From IMG/VR virus record IMGVR_UViG_3300009159_000033: a stretch of DNA of 64,000 nt; one strand, 5' to 3'. A program made the translations under genes and the position numbers. Of the stretch, positions 54,192-64,000 are shown piece after piece. This DNA comes from a virus. The notes beneath the pieces were generated by a model. The model had not been told where the DNA came from. It made no database searches and saw only the letters and a list, made by a program, of their open reading frames with translations. Numbering within the stretch: position 1 is the stretch's first letter; every line of letters begins with the position of its first letter.

Positions 54192-57100
54192 CCATGGATC
54201 CCAGCCAACTATCGTGGATGCAGGATGCAACACAAGGACTGCTGCCTGGTGGGCAATTTAGCCCGCATCCCTCGGGTGGTGCGGGGTATTTAGCACAATT
54301 AGCTAAAGGGTATAGTCCTGCGATACAAGGTAACTCACTCCCTGACACATCTCCCTTAGCCCCTCTTAACTTACAGCAGTATGGCATAGGTGGCATGCTA
54401 GCAGGTGCTGTTGGTAACTCTTACCTATCAGGACAGATGCAGCAGCAAGGCTTGCTGCCGATGGGCAATGCTGGTTCTTACATGCAAGCACATCGTACTC
54501 GTGAACATTTACGGATGAAGAACGATGTTAGCGCAGGAGTAGCGAGTCAAGACGCTGATGGTATCTATCGATCTTTCCGTGGAGCTGCAGCCTTGGCTGG
54601 AGTTCCGTTTGACCGTAAACAGCGAGAAGCAGCTCGTAATATATCCGATACCGTTGCTTCGCTTGGGCCTACTCTTTCAATGGTTGCTCCTGATTTTATG
54701 GATGCAATTTCTGGAGAAAAAGGTAGCGTACAAGCGATGGCCGGTCAGATGATGGAAGCAAATCGTTACCGCGCAGATCCTATCACAGGCAAAATGGGTT
54801 ACAGCACTGAATCAAATAAAAACCTAGTTAACAATGTTTTTGAAAACATGTTTTCTAAAGATAACATGGCTCAGATGAATGGCATGCGTGCCGGAGACAT
54901 GGGACAAGCATACCGGCAGTTGTCTTCAGAAGGATTAGTTGGACCTACCGGAAGTTTGCGTGATCGCACCATCCAATCGCTGCAAGAAGGCAGAGAGCAG
55001 GGGATGGATTTAAAAGCTATAGGTAAAAAGGCTGGAGTTGAGATTAATGATGATACCAACCTCTCTAACTTATCTAATGAAGCATTAACTAAACTACGCA
55101 AGGATTCCACTGTCTCCGCTAAAATGGGCAAGGACGACGCTAGACAAGTGGCAGACCAGTTACAAGGCTATGTTGGGTCACTCTCTGCTATCCGTGAAGT
55201 GTTTGGAGAAAATGGAGACGCAAACGCACCTGTACCTAAATTGATAAATGCGCTTAAAGCCATGACCTCAGGACAAATGCAAAAATTTAGTCCAGGGCAG
55301 CTTACCTCGATGGTTCGAGATATGCAGGCTATGTCTCAACTTTCGGGTAAAAGTATCGACCAACTAGCTGCAATGAATCAGTATGCTAACACGCAGAACT
55401 CTCAGATGATGGGTGGGTATGGGGTTCATTTTAATCCTGCATCACTTAAGGTTGGAACTACTACGGGTATGGCTTTCGCTGAGCATGGCGGAGCTACCGG
55501 ATTTGGTGCATTAAACCGAGAACAAGCAGAACAAGCATCCATGGGTTTATTCTCTCGTGGTATGGGCTCACAGATGAATAACGCTTTAGGTGCTTTAACA
55601 CGCATCGAAGAAGCTGGAGGGTTTGCTGAGAATGAGGCTGGGCGGGAAATGAAAGCTGTGTTGGCAGCTGCCGACTCGGGAGCACACACTTACACATTTG
55701 TAGATGATAATGGTAAATCTAAGACAAAGAATACCCCAACTAAAGAAAGTGAATTTAGAAGTATAGTTGGTAGGGGTGCTGTGGAAGGTATGAGCACCTC
55801 TGACTTTAATATGATGCTAGGAGATACCACTTCCAATTTACGTGCTTTGTCTACTAACGAGGAAAGACAACAGGCGGCACTGCGCCAGCAGCCAGCTGAG
55901 GTTGCTAGAGAAATTGAAAGAAGCACAGCTAATCGATTATCTTCAAACAAAGCACTTAAAGACCAAGTTTCAAGCCCTAAGGAGCGTGCAGAAATTGCTG
56001 CAGCATTAGGTAAAGCAGCTACAACGGCTACCGATGAACTGACCATGGAGCAGCTACAAGATCCAAAACAAAGAAATCAAGCCATTGCAGATGCCCTACA
56101 ATCAGAGGCGGGTAATCGTGGGGTAACTTTAACCGATGCAGAAGCTCAAAACATGGCTGCTACTTCCTTTGGACAAAGGGAGTCAGTACTACGCACAAGA
56201 CTAGACATGGATGCAACTTCTTATGCTCAAACTCACGGCAAGGCTGTAAGAGAAAGTCGGGAAGACAAGCAAGCTGAAGTATCCGCACGCGCAGGTATAA
56301 ACGAAGCGATGTCGGGATTAGGGCCAAAAGGTAGCTTCTTACAGCGGGCTTCCACTGCATTGCAGAAGCAGGGAGATCGAGGCGGAGAAGCTAATCTAGA
56401 TACAATGCTGGGAGATATGTTTGCTGGGGACATGGACGAAGCCTCTAAACAATTAAACAAACCTTTGGAAAGTGTGCGGGCTAGCCAGTCTAAGATTGAA
56501 AGTTTAACTAATCAGCTACAAGGTGCCAGCCCCGAAGATAAAAAGAGAATTCAAAAAGAGATTAAAGAAGAGACAGTAATGCTGAAGAAGCATGTGACAG
56601 CTAGTCGGGAGCTGGCAGATAGTCTTGGGCTTACAGATAAAGAAGGAGAATTTAATCAAGCCGATATTGCTAAAGGTAAAGAAGCTGCACGAGAATTAGA
56701 TCACTTCAACCGAATAGAGCAAGTGCGGGTAAGCGGTGCGACTGCTACTGTGACAGATCTAGAAAGAAAAGGAGCTAGCACAACAAAACTTACAGACAAT
56801 GACTTACGAGTAATTGCTGAAAAAGATCGCACTAACAAATTACAAGAAGCGGATAAAATAGCAGCTGGCGATATAAAAAAGATGTCTCCAGAAGCTAAAG
56901 AAACTTACGATAAAGCGATTGCCAGCGGGGCTACGGAAGAGGCGGCACGCGCACGAGTAAAGGAAAAGTTAAGAAGTAATGTAGCTTCCGTAGATTCCCG
57001 AGCTAGGGAGATGAGGGAAGAACTAGGAACAGAAGCCACGGTTGGTGGTTTAAAAGATAAAGAAGTCCAAGATGCAATTATTCAAAAGCGACGCAGTGAT

Positions 57101-60100
57101 GTAGAAATGAAGCCGACAGCTAAAGCGGTTGAAGACCGAACAGAGAAGATGCGGACAGAGATGGAAGGACAACAAAAGAAAGCTACTACAGAAGAAATTA
57201 ATGCCCTTACTCCCGCTGCCCGCAAAGAATATAAAGAGAATGAAAAGCAGTTAAGCCGAAAAGCTGAAGATCAATTAATTGCGGAGAATCAGTTACGCAG
57301 TCTAGGAATACTTGGAGCAGAAGAAACTTTGAGTGGTAAGGGTGCAGATATTGCCAAGTTTGAAGGGTTAAAAGGTAAAGATAAAGATCAGCTTCGCAAA
57401 GACCTAGCTGCAGCCAAAACTGAAGACAGAGCAGCAATTGTCAGCAAGTATATTGACAACAAACAAGTTGAGCAGTTTTATGGGAAAACCGAAGCAGAAG
57501 TTACAAAGAAAAGAGATTCTGCAAATACCTACGCAACATCTTCCGAAGGCCAGCGAGCAGCTCAAGACACCGAATCCCGAATAGGTAGTCTTTCTGACAC
57601 AAGACGAGAATTTCTATCTGATGCCAAAGCGGTTAGTCGTGGAGGTGCCCGCTCAATAATAGCTGCAAAGCAAAGTCGAGAAGCTGAAGAAGAACTTCAG
57701 ACTATGGCGAATAAGTATTTTGATGGGAATGTTGGCAAGATGGTTAGCAGTGGCGGGGCTGCGATGACAGAAGAAAACTATGCCAAGGTTAAAACCGACC
57801 TTGGTAAATTGTCTGACGCAGAAAAGACCACAGTAACTGAGCGGTTAAAAGCTGCGGGTCAAGACATAGGCGGGTCAAAGAATCTTAACGAAAAGCATTA
57901 TGCTGCTTACCTTTCGCTTAAATCCAAAGACCTAGTTGGAACGATGAAAGATTCGATAGAGGGTATGTCTGGCGGAGCGGGGCAGACCTATGCCGAGCTA
58001 CTTAAGCCAACAGATGCAACTAAGACAATGGCAAAAGAGATGATGGGTAAGGATGTATCAAGTGCACAAGAAACAGGGCTACAAGCTATTAGTTCTGCTG
58101 CCACTTTAAACAACATAGATGTTAAGAAGGCTACGGCTGGTTTAGATATGAAAAAAATCACTAGCCAAATTGCAGCTGGTGCAAAAATTGATACATCAAA
58201 AATGACGGAAGAACAAAAAACTTTAATCAAATCGGCAGAAGGAATGAAAGGGTTATCGAGTCTAACTAAGGAACAGATTAAATCCTTAGAGACTATTTCT
58301 AAAGAAGAAACAAAAGATATTAAAAAGGAAGCAGAAGCTTTAGGTATGACGGAAGAAGAATACCGCAAAGCTGCTAAAGATGGGGTTATTGATCCTAAAC
58401 TTAAACTGTTTAAGGATGAGACCACGAAAGGTGTTACTGGGGCAGAAAAGCTTGAAATAGCAAGGAAAGGGGAAGTAACCTTAACTGATACGAAAAACCA
58501 ATTAAAAGAAGCACAGGCAGCATTAGCAAAAGATCCAAAATCTAAAGAAGCCAAGGCAGAAGTAGATCGATTACAAGGATCAGTAGCAGAGCAGACTGAA
58601 ATAAAATCTGCTCGCATGAAAGAGGCTGGGTTAGATAGCAAAAAAGCCGAAGATGTTAAGAAGTATGAGCAACGCTTAGCAACTGAAGGTAAAGCAACTA
58701 CCCCTAACATGTTCAAAGACGACCCAGAAAAGAAGGGCATTACTGCAGTAGAAAAGCTTGAAACAGCAAAGAAAGAAGAAGCATCATTAACTGATACAAA
58801 AACTGAATTAGAAAAAGCAAAAGAAGAACTAGCAAAAGATCCGGAATCAAAAAGTGTTAAAGCAAAAGTAGATCATTTGCAAGGTCTTGTAACAAAGAAG
58901 ACTGAAGATAAATCTGCACGCATGAAAGAAGCGGGGCTGGATAGTAGCAAAGCTGAAGATGTTAAAAAGTATGAAGAAGGTTTAAAAGACGAAGGTAAAG
59001 CAGCTGACCCTAATCTTAGGTTGTTTAAAGATGATCCAGCTAAGAAAGGTAAAACTGCTACAGAAAAGCTTGAAATAGCAAAGAAAGAAGAAGTGGAATT
59101 AAAGGGCACAAAAGATCAATTAGCAAAAGCAAAAGAAGTATTAGCAAAAGATCCAGAATCGGAAAAGGCAAAAGAAGATGTAGCTAAGTTAGAGAATGTC
59201 TTGGCAATTAGGAATAAAGATAAATCAGAACGAATGAAAGAAGTAGGTTTAGACAGTAGCAAAGCTGAAGATGTTAAGAAGTACGAAGAAGGCTTAAAGG
59301 ACGAAAGTAAAGAAGCTGATCCTAATCTTAGATTGTTTAAAGATGATCCAGACAAGGTGGGTGGTAAGGGTAGAGGCACGGCTAAGGAGCAGTTACAAAA
59401 AGCAAGACAAGAAGAAGCATCATTAAAATCTACAAAAGAGCAACTGCGAAAAGCAGAAATTGCATTAGAGAAAAGGCCAGAAAATCCTGGGGCACAAAAG
59501 GAAGTAGAAAGGTTACGAGGACTCGTAACAAAGAAGACTGACGATAAAGCAGAAAAGATGAAAGAAGCTGGTTTAGATATAAACAAACCAGAAGATGTTA
59601 AAAAGTATGGTCAACTTTTAGATAATCAAGGTAAATTAGAACAGCTTGAAAAAAGTAAAGCGATCATAGCTGCAGAAGATAAAAAGTTAAAAGATAGCGG
59701 TATGTCTGATGAAGACATCGTTAAGTATAGAGGTATTCAAAAGGAGCAAGAAATAGCTGGCAAAAAACAGGCTAAAGAGCTTGCTGACAAAGATTTAGGC
59801 AGCGATGCCATGAATACTCTAGCTGATTCTTTCGGTAAGACATCTAAAGAAGATCGTCAGAAGTTTAAGGAAGAGATGGGTAAAGGTGGCGGTAAGGGTG
59901 AGTCTGGAGACCGCAACAAGCAGATGGTTGCTAATGTCCTTAAAGATGTAGGCAAGTTAACCACAATCGGAGATAGCAAAACTTCAGCCATTGATAAGCT
60001 GGACATGCTTACGGATGAATATGCTGCAGCTAAAACACCAGACGCAAAAAAAGCATTAGCAAAGAAGCATGGTATGTCTGAGGATGCCTTAGAAAGCACA

Positions 60101-60322
60101 ATGAAGAAGACTGAGTTTTTAGGTATGAAAGATAAAAAAGACAAGTACACAGAAAAAGATTTGAATGAGTCTTTAGGTCGAGTTGGCAAGCGAGATGTGG
60201 AAACAGAAGTTAAAAAGGAAGCTGATCGCACCATGAAGCTAACTGGTACACTACAAGTTAAAGGCACAATCAATGGTGAAGGAACTTTAAACGATACTAC
60301 TTCAACTGGTGGTACCCGCTAA
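54188..60322 (+). CDS. Tape measure protein
   Basis: 2044 aa, helical and A/K/E-rich, follows the chaperone pair and precedes baseplate genes. Confidence 0.85.
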   Translation: MTMDPSQLSWMQDATQGLLPGGQFSPHPSGGAGYLAQLAKGYSPAIQGNSLPDTSPLAPLNLQQYGIGGMLAGAVGNSYLSGQMQQQGLLPMGNAGSYMQAHRTREHLRMKNDVSAGVASQDADGIYRSFRGAAALAGVPFDRKQREAARNISDTVASLGPTLSMVAPDFMDAISGEKGSVQAMAGQMMEANRYRADPITGKMGYSTESNKNLVNNVFENMFSKDNMAQMNGMRAGDMGQAYRQLSSEGLVGPTGSLRDRTIQSLQEGREQGMDLKAIGKKAGVEINDDTNLSNLSNEALTKLRKDSTVSAKMGKDDARQVADQLQGYVGSLSAIREVFGENGDANAPVPKLINALKAMTSGQMQKFSPGQLTSMVRDMQAMSQLSGKSIDQLAAMNQYANTQNSQMMGGYGVHFNPASLKVGTTTGMAFAEHGGATGFGALNREQAEQASMGLFSRGMGSQMNNALGALTRIEEAGGFAENEAGREMKAVLAAADSGAHTYTFVDDNGKSKTKNTPTKESEFRSIVGRGAVEGMSTSDFNMMLGDTTSNLRALSTNEERQQAALRQQPAEVAREIERSTANRLSSNKALKDQVSSPKERAEIAAALGKAATTATDELTMEQLQDPKQRNQAIADALQSEAGNRGVTLTDAEAQNMAATSFGQRESVLRTRLDMDATSYAQTHGKAVRESREDKQAEVSARAGINEAMSGLGPKGSFLQRASTALQKQGDRGGEANLDTMLGDMFAGDMDEASKQLNKPLESVRASQSKIESLTNQLQGASPEDKKRIQKEIKEETVMLKKHVTASRELADSLGLTDKEGEFNQADIAKGKEAARELDHFNRIEQVRVSGATATVTDLERKGASTTKLTDNDLRVIAEKDRTNKLQEADKIAAGDIKKMSPEAKETYDKAIASGATEEAARARVKEKLRSNVASVDSRAREMREELGTEATVGGLKDKEVQDAIIQKRRSDVEMKPTAKAVEDRTEKMRTEMEGQQKKATTEEINALTPAARKEYKENEKQLSRKAEDQLIAENQLRSLGILGAEETLSGKGADIAKFEGLKGKDKDQLRKDLAAAKTEDRAAIVSKYIDNKQVEQFYGKTEAEVTKKRDSANTYATSSEGQRAAQDTESRIGSLSDTRREFLSDAKAVSRGGARSIIAAKQSREAEEELQTMANKYFDGNVGKMVSSGGAAMTEENYAKVKTDLGKLSDAEKTTVTERLKAAGQDIGGSKNLNEKHYAAYLSLKSKDLVGTMKDSIEGMSGGAGQTYAELLKPTDATKTMAKEMMGKDVSSAQETGLQAISSAATLNNIDVKKATAGLDMKKITSQIAAGAKIDTSKMTEEQKTLIKSAEGMKGLSSLTKEQIKSLETISKEETKDIKKEAEALGMTEEEYRKAAKDGVIDPKLKLFKDETTKGVTGAEKLEIARKGEVTLTDTKNQLKEAQAALAKDPKSKEAKAEVDRLQGSVAEQTEIKSARMKEAGLDSKKAEDVKKYEQRLATEGKATTPNMFKDDPEKKGITAVEKLETAKKEEASLTDTKTELEKAKEELAKDPESKSVKAKVDHLQGLVTKKTEDKSARMKEAGLDSSKAEDVKKYEEGLKDEGKAADPNLRLFKDDPAKKGKTATEKLEIAKKEEVELKGTKDQLAKAKEVLAKDPESEKAKEDVAKLENVLAIRNKDKSERMKEVGLDSSKAEDVKKYEEGLKDESKEADPNLRLFKDDPDKVGGKGRGTAKEQLQKARQEEASLKSTKEQLRKAEIALEKRPENPGAQKEVERLRGLVTKKTDDKAEKMKEAGLDINKPEDVKKYGQLLDNQGKLEQLEKSKAIIAAEDKKLKDSGMSDEDIVKYRGIQKEQEIAGKKQAKELADKDLGSDAMNTLADSFGKTSKEDRQKFKEEMGKGGGKGESGDRNKQMVANVLKDVGKLTTIGDSKTSAIDKLDMLTDEYAAAKTPDAKKALAKKHGMSEDALESTMKKTEFLGMKDKKDKYTEKDLNESLGRVGKRDVETEVKKEADRTMKLTGTLQVKGTINGEGTLNDTTSTGGTR
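58406..59640 (+). repeat. Four tandem ~101-104-aa repeats in the tape measure
   Basis: Units start at 58406, 58709, 59021 and 59333: (L/M)FKD..EKLE.A.KEE..L..TK..L..A...LAKDP....RMKE.GLD..KAEDVKKYE. Confidence 0.92.
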
Positions 60323-60332
60323 GGAGTAAGAT

Positions 60333-60818
60333 ATGCCAGTCGTTTTTTCGAGAAATACTGGTCGAGTATTCCTGCTTCCTGATGCGGTTGCGGAAGGAGC
60401 TATTTCTATGGGGAATGTAGTTGGAAACACTCCAATTACATTTACGCAGCATACTACTATTATCACTCGAATCGGCGTTGCTGCTGCAGGAAATTTTCAA
60501 TTTCTGCACACAATTGGTAATGATGTGTATATTTATGTTTTTGGAGATAGGATGGGGCAGGTAGATCTTCATGGCATATGCTTTGCACAACCTTGTGCCA
60601 ATGGTGGAGTCAGTGCTCCTGAACATGGTTTTGAAAAATTATTTAAATGGTACGAGACAAATCGTATATCGGTACGCAAAGAACCTGTAGTGGTGACCAT
60701 CGGAGTTAACAAGTCTTTTCAAGGTTTTGTTACTGCTTTGACTGGGGATGCACAAGACTCACAGACTAGAACGATTAATTTTAATCTAACTATTTCTTTA
60801 CTACCCCCAACAGATTAA
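60333..60818 (+). CDS. Tube-fold baseplate/tube-initiator protein
   Basis: 161 aa after the tape measure; YIYVFGDRMGQVDLHG. Confidence 0.5.
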   Translation: MPVVFSRNTGRVFLLPDAVAEGAISMGNVVGNTPITFTQHTTIITRIGVAAAGNFQFLHTIGNDVYIYVFGDRMGQVDLHGICFAQPCANGGVSAPEHGFEKLFKWYETNRISVRKEPVVVTIGVNKSFQGFVTALTGDAQDSQTRTINFNLTISLLPPTD

Positions 60819-60826
60819 GGCTACTT

Positions 60827-61621
60827 ATGTTCAATCACGCACGCACATTACTTTTGAATATAGATGGAGGGCCAGGATATTTCCCTGAGTGTCCTGGTGA
60901 AGAACTGATTCCGAGAGGCTATGAAAAGTTAGAACTTCCCACTTACCTCGATGTGTTTCGCTCTCGTTTCTTTGGTGCAGACCCTGACCGTGCTATGCTG
61001 AATTATCGTTCTTGGCAGTTGTTGCAATTGGTTGAAGCTACGGAGTTACAATCCCATATCCTTGCATTAGATCCTCGCATTACTTATGACTTAAATGTTA
61101 ATAGACTTAGTCTGCAGAACACATTTTTACCTAAGGTTACACAACAAGGCGGAACCTCGTCACAGACCCTTACTTTGGCTGGAACCCCAATCAAACCAGA
61201 TGTTTCGGGAAAAGCTACTTTTGATTATCAAATTAGCATACTTGAAGGCGAAATCATTAAAGTACAAAGGCTTACTTTTCCTTTAATAGATGTACAGCAT
61301 CTACTAACTTTAACTGATGGGATCAGTCCATACTTTACACTGCCTTTATCTGGTTATAGGTTTTGTGTGAGCACAACAGATCCCACAATATCTTGGCGGA
61401 TACAAGGATACCTTAGGCCACAAAATAGCTTATCTGAAATTGAGAAAGGGTTTCGTAGTATTGGAGAGCCTTACTTACTTCAACTCTTTGGTACATCTCC
61501 CGATGAGCCTTATGCTACTTTCCGAAATTGCTGGGAAAAACATCCTGAGTTTGCTTATCGGCTAGGAAGCGTGGTACTTGCAATGATTTACCGTACGGAA
61601 GAAATATATAATGGCAGATAA
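60827..61621 (+). CDS. Putative baseplate protein
   Basis: Assigned by position only. Confidence 0.45.
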   Translation: MFNHARTLLLNIDGGPGYFPECPGEELIPRGYEKLELPTYLDVFRSRFFGADPDRAMLNYRSWQLLQLVEATELQSHILALDPRITYDLNVNRLSLQNTFLPKVTQQGGTSSQTLTLAGTPIKPDVSGKATFDYQISILEGEIIKVQRLTFPLIDVQHLLTLTDGISPYFTLPLSGYRFCVSTTDPTISWRIQGYLRPQNSLSEIEKGFRSIGEPYLLQLFGTSPDEPYATFRNCWEKHPEFAYRLGSVVLAMIYRTEEIYNGR

Positions 61622-63680
61622 ATCAACTAACTGGGCAATGGTGGACTTATCTGCACGAGATGGCGGAGCATCATTAGTACTACGCATTGGAGGCGATCAA
61701 ATTCCAGTATCTCAGTTTAGTATGAGTTATGGGCAAAACGATATTCCAAAGGCTACGGCACTAGTGGCACTTGGGCGAGATGCTAGGACTGGAGATGTCT
61801 CGTCCATCTATCCGCAGATAAACGCAATTAAACAGATGGCGGCAGTGCGCGTATTTATCCGAGGTAATCTAGGGGATTGGTCTCCTCGTGGGATAGATGG
61901 TACAAAAGAATCTTTTCCAATTGCTAACGATGCCACTATTTTTATTGGATATGTTTCAGGCATAAGCTATCGCCGTTCGGCGGGTCGTGTCAGTTTAGTT
62001 TTGAATTTGGTAAATCAATTAGTAGATTTGGCTCTTTCTTCCGGTGGAAGTAAAGATGTAGTGCCAGGATCTCCTAGCGATCTTATGCTGCCTATACACC
62101 TTGAAGGGTCAGGGGCCGGAAGGGCTGCAGATAAATTTATAAATACGCTCAAAGTTGATTTAGAAACCGATTTTAGTGCGGCTGTGCTTAAAGTTTTAAA
62201 AAATGTTTCCAAAGAAAATCAGCTCCAAACCCACGAGGGTACAGCTTGGTGTCAAGGAGTCGATGGTCCAAAAGCTGATATAGAAGCTAATGAAATGGCA
62301 GCGTCAGTAATTGATGGCAAAGGTAGATGGCAAGGTATTTCTAATGCTGCAACTGGAACAGAAGTAGACAAGTATCTTGATGATTACCCTTTGTTAGTGC
62401 CTGGAGCACAAACACAAAAAGCAGCCACAGCTATTGGAGAACATGTTGCAGCTTCGCTTTCTGGTACAAGTATGTGGAGTATGATGATTGGTTCAATGTT
62501 AACAGATTTTGGCTGCGGGGTTATTCCTTGGGCATCTGGAGCAATTGTGGCTCCTATTCTTCCTATGGCAAAAGAGGCGCAGGTAATACTTAAAGCAGGA
62601 GAATATGTAGATTTTGATTTATCTACACAATGTCAGCGACCTCTCTATGGGGTAGGTGTTATGGGTAATTTTCAAATGGGAACTCTTAACAGATCTCAAG
62701 ATCCAAAGGTTTGCTGTGGTGCTACCTATGTGGCTAAAACTGCAGATAATTTTCCAGCAAATGATGGTATGTGGATATTTGTAAAAGCTCCGAGTTGGCT
62801 AGATGATTGGGTTAACCAAGATCCGCAAGCTGCGGATGGTAACGCAGATATAATAAAAACGATGAATGAACCTTCGCACGACGCAACTGGTATTGATGAG
62901 GTAGCAATAAATCGGGATATAGGTACTGAAGCAGATGACTGGAATGACGCAATGGCGGAATATGCAAAACTTATATATGCCATTAATGCCTTGCGTGGTA
63001 GAGAAGGCACTGTAGTAGGTAAGCTTAGGTTTGATATTACCCCTGGTACGACCATAATGATAGAAGCCAAAGGAGATAAATACCTATCAGCTGGCGTGGA
63101 TACCTTGGCAACGAATATGTATGGGCTTGTAGCTAAGGTACATATATCTATTAATGCAGAACAAGCTTCAGCCACTACCGCTTTTGAATTAACTAATCTA
63201 CGCACAGAAGTTGAAAATAATTCAGCGGACGGAAGATTTTCAATGCAGCGACATCCATTCTTTGGAAACAATTATTTTAAGTATGCACCACTAGTTCCAG
63301 GACTCACAGTGCCTAAAAAAGAGCCGGTAGCTGGGGCATTACCTAATCCTAGCGTTGGAGTAGGTAGCGAAGGAGCTGAAACAACTCCGAGTGCAAGTTC
63401 TGTTGATGCAACAGGATTAGCCCGCATATTGGGGCCTATCGCTGGAGGAATTTTTGATCCCTTGGACGCTTTCCCCTCCGATGATGTAGGTACGCAGCGA
63501 ACCTTAAGCCCCGCAGATGTATTAGCTTCGCAACTATCCCCACCATATAACCCTGCCCTAGATGTTGAAAATAATCCTCAACCTGTAGATGAAACAGGTA
63601 ACTTATATGTAGGAACAGGTGGTGGTTTTCCACTACCTGAAAAAGACAGTGGAGAAGCAGGACAAACTACAATAATTTAA
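61611..63680 (+). CDS. Putative baseplate hub protein (gp27/gp44-like)
   Basis: N-terminal beta-barrel-like IFIGYVSGISY; C-terminal LRFDITPGTTI..YGLVAKV; disordered tail. Confidence 0.5.
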   Translation: MADKSTNWAMVDLSARDGGASLVLRIGGDQIPVSQFSMSYGQNDIPKATALVALGRDARTGDVSSIYPQINAIKQMAAVRVFIRGNLGDWSPRGIDGTKESFPIANDATIFIGYVSGISYRRSAGRVSLVLNLVNQLVDLALSSGGSKDVVPGSPSDLMLPIHLEGSGAGRAADKFINTLKVDLETDFSAAVLKVLKNVSKENQLQTHEGTAWCQGVDGPKADIEANEMAASVIDGKGRWQGISNAATGTEVDKYLDDYPLLVPGAQTQKAATAIGEHVAASLSGTSMWSMMIGSMLTDFGCGVIPWASGAIVAPILPMAKEAQVILKAGEYVDFDLSTQCQRPLYGVGVMGNFQMGTLNRSQDPKVCCGATYVAKTADNFPANDGMWIFVKAPSWLDDWVNQDPQAADGNADIIKTMNEPSHDATGIDEVAINRDIGTEADDWNDAMAEYAKLIYAINALRGREGTVVGKLRFDITPGTTIMIEAKGDKYLSAGVDTLATNMYGLVAKVHISINAEQASATTAFELTNLRTEVENNSADGRFSMQRHPFFGNNYFKYAPLVPGLTVPKKEPVAGALPNPSVGVGSEGAETTPSASSVDATGLARILGPIAGGIFDPLDAFPSDDVGTQRTLSPADVLASQLSPPYNPALDVENNPQPVDETGNLYVGTGGGFPLPEKDSGEAGQTTII

Positions 63681-63696
63681 CAAGGAGTACCTAATC

Positions 63697-64000
63697 ATGA
63701 TGGACGATTATTTAGAAGACGAATATAAACCAGCATTTCAAAGCTGGCAGCAGAATCAAACACCAGAAGGCAACGCTGCCTTACTGAAAGCACTTGATCC
63801 AATAGTACAAAAGGGGGTCAAGATGTATGGGGCAGATAGCCCATTAACTTCTAGCCGTGCCAAGCTTTTAACATTGGACGCAGTGCGTAAGTACGATCCT
63901 AAGCGGTCTCGGTTACAGTCTCATTTATTAAACCAAATGCAAGGGCTGCGTAGGATCAACCAACAGCAACATCAAGTAATAAGCGTACCCGAACGCATAT
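63697..64000 (+). CDS. Sigma70-family-like factor, 3'-truncated by the window edge (not in the ORF track)
   Basis: RBS AAGGAG; MMDDYLEDEY..LDAVRKYDPKRSRLQSHLLNQMQGLRR..VISVPERI resembles sigma regions 2.2-2.4. Confidence 0.7.
   Translation, partial: MMDDYLEDEYKPAFQSWQQNQTPEGNAALLKALDPIVQKGVKMYGADSPLTSSRAKLLTLDAVRKYDPKRSRLQSHLLNQMQGLRRINQQQHQVISVPERI

Noticed and set aside
54871-60273. Numerous minus-strand and alternate-frame ORFs (also across the RNAP, capsid and sheath genes)
   Set aside because: Shadow ORFs fully overlapping long + strand genes, with antisense-typical composition and no recognisable motifs.
1-64000. Alternative genetic code (stop reassignment)
   Set aside because: Recognisable proteins are full length under the standard code, and TAA, TAG (e.g. 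17940) and TGA (e.g. 45369) all end genes at sensible boundaries.

Overview
A 64-kb segment of a jumbo-type, contractile-tailed (myovirus) dsDNA bacteriophage. Almost all genes are on the + strand with Shine-Dalgarno sites; csrA is the only convincing minus-strand gene. About 1-16 kb is an accessory region: four sulfotransferase-like genes, a glycosyltransferase, two PRTase-like genes, a metallophosphoesterase, an HNH nuclease, a LuxR-type HTH, CsrA, a SET-domain protein and a class II ribonucleotide reductase. About 16-42 kb is a head module: many K-x-A-motif, low-complexity or glycine-zipper proteins, a prohead protease, scaffold, decoration protein and major capsid protein. Embedded in it is a phage-encoded multisubunit RNA polymerase, arranged as a beta::beta'-N fusion plus a separate beta'-C subunit carrying a ~620-aa low-complexity extension. 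About 43-64 kb holds neck, tail sheath, tube, spike, a tail chaperone with a -1 frameshift, a 2044-aa tape measure, baseplate genes and a partial sigma factor. Most notable: (1) a promoter-driven, highly structured GGA-rich RNA/leader ending in a near-perfect CsrA site, about 1 kb from phage csrA; (2) a recurrent K-x-A motif that looks like a head-protease processing code; (3) a 16-bp palindrome TAAAWTC-YR-GAWTTTA recurring in and between genes at roughly 6-kb intervals; (4) the RNA polymerase architecture. All functional calls come from motif recognition by eye; no database search was run. No portal, terminase, tRNA or CRISPR array was recognised.
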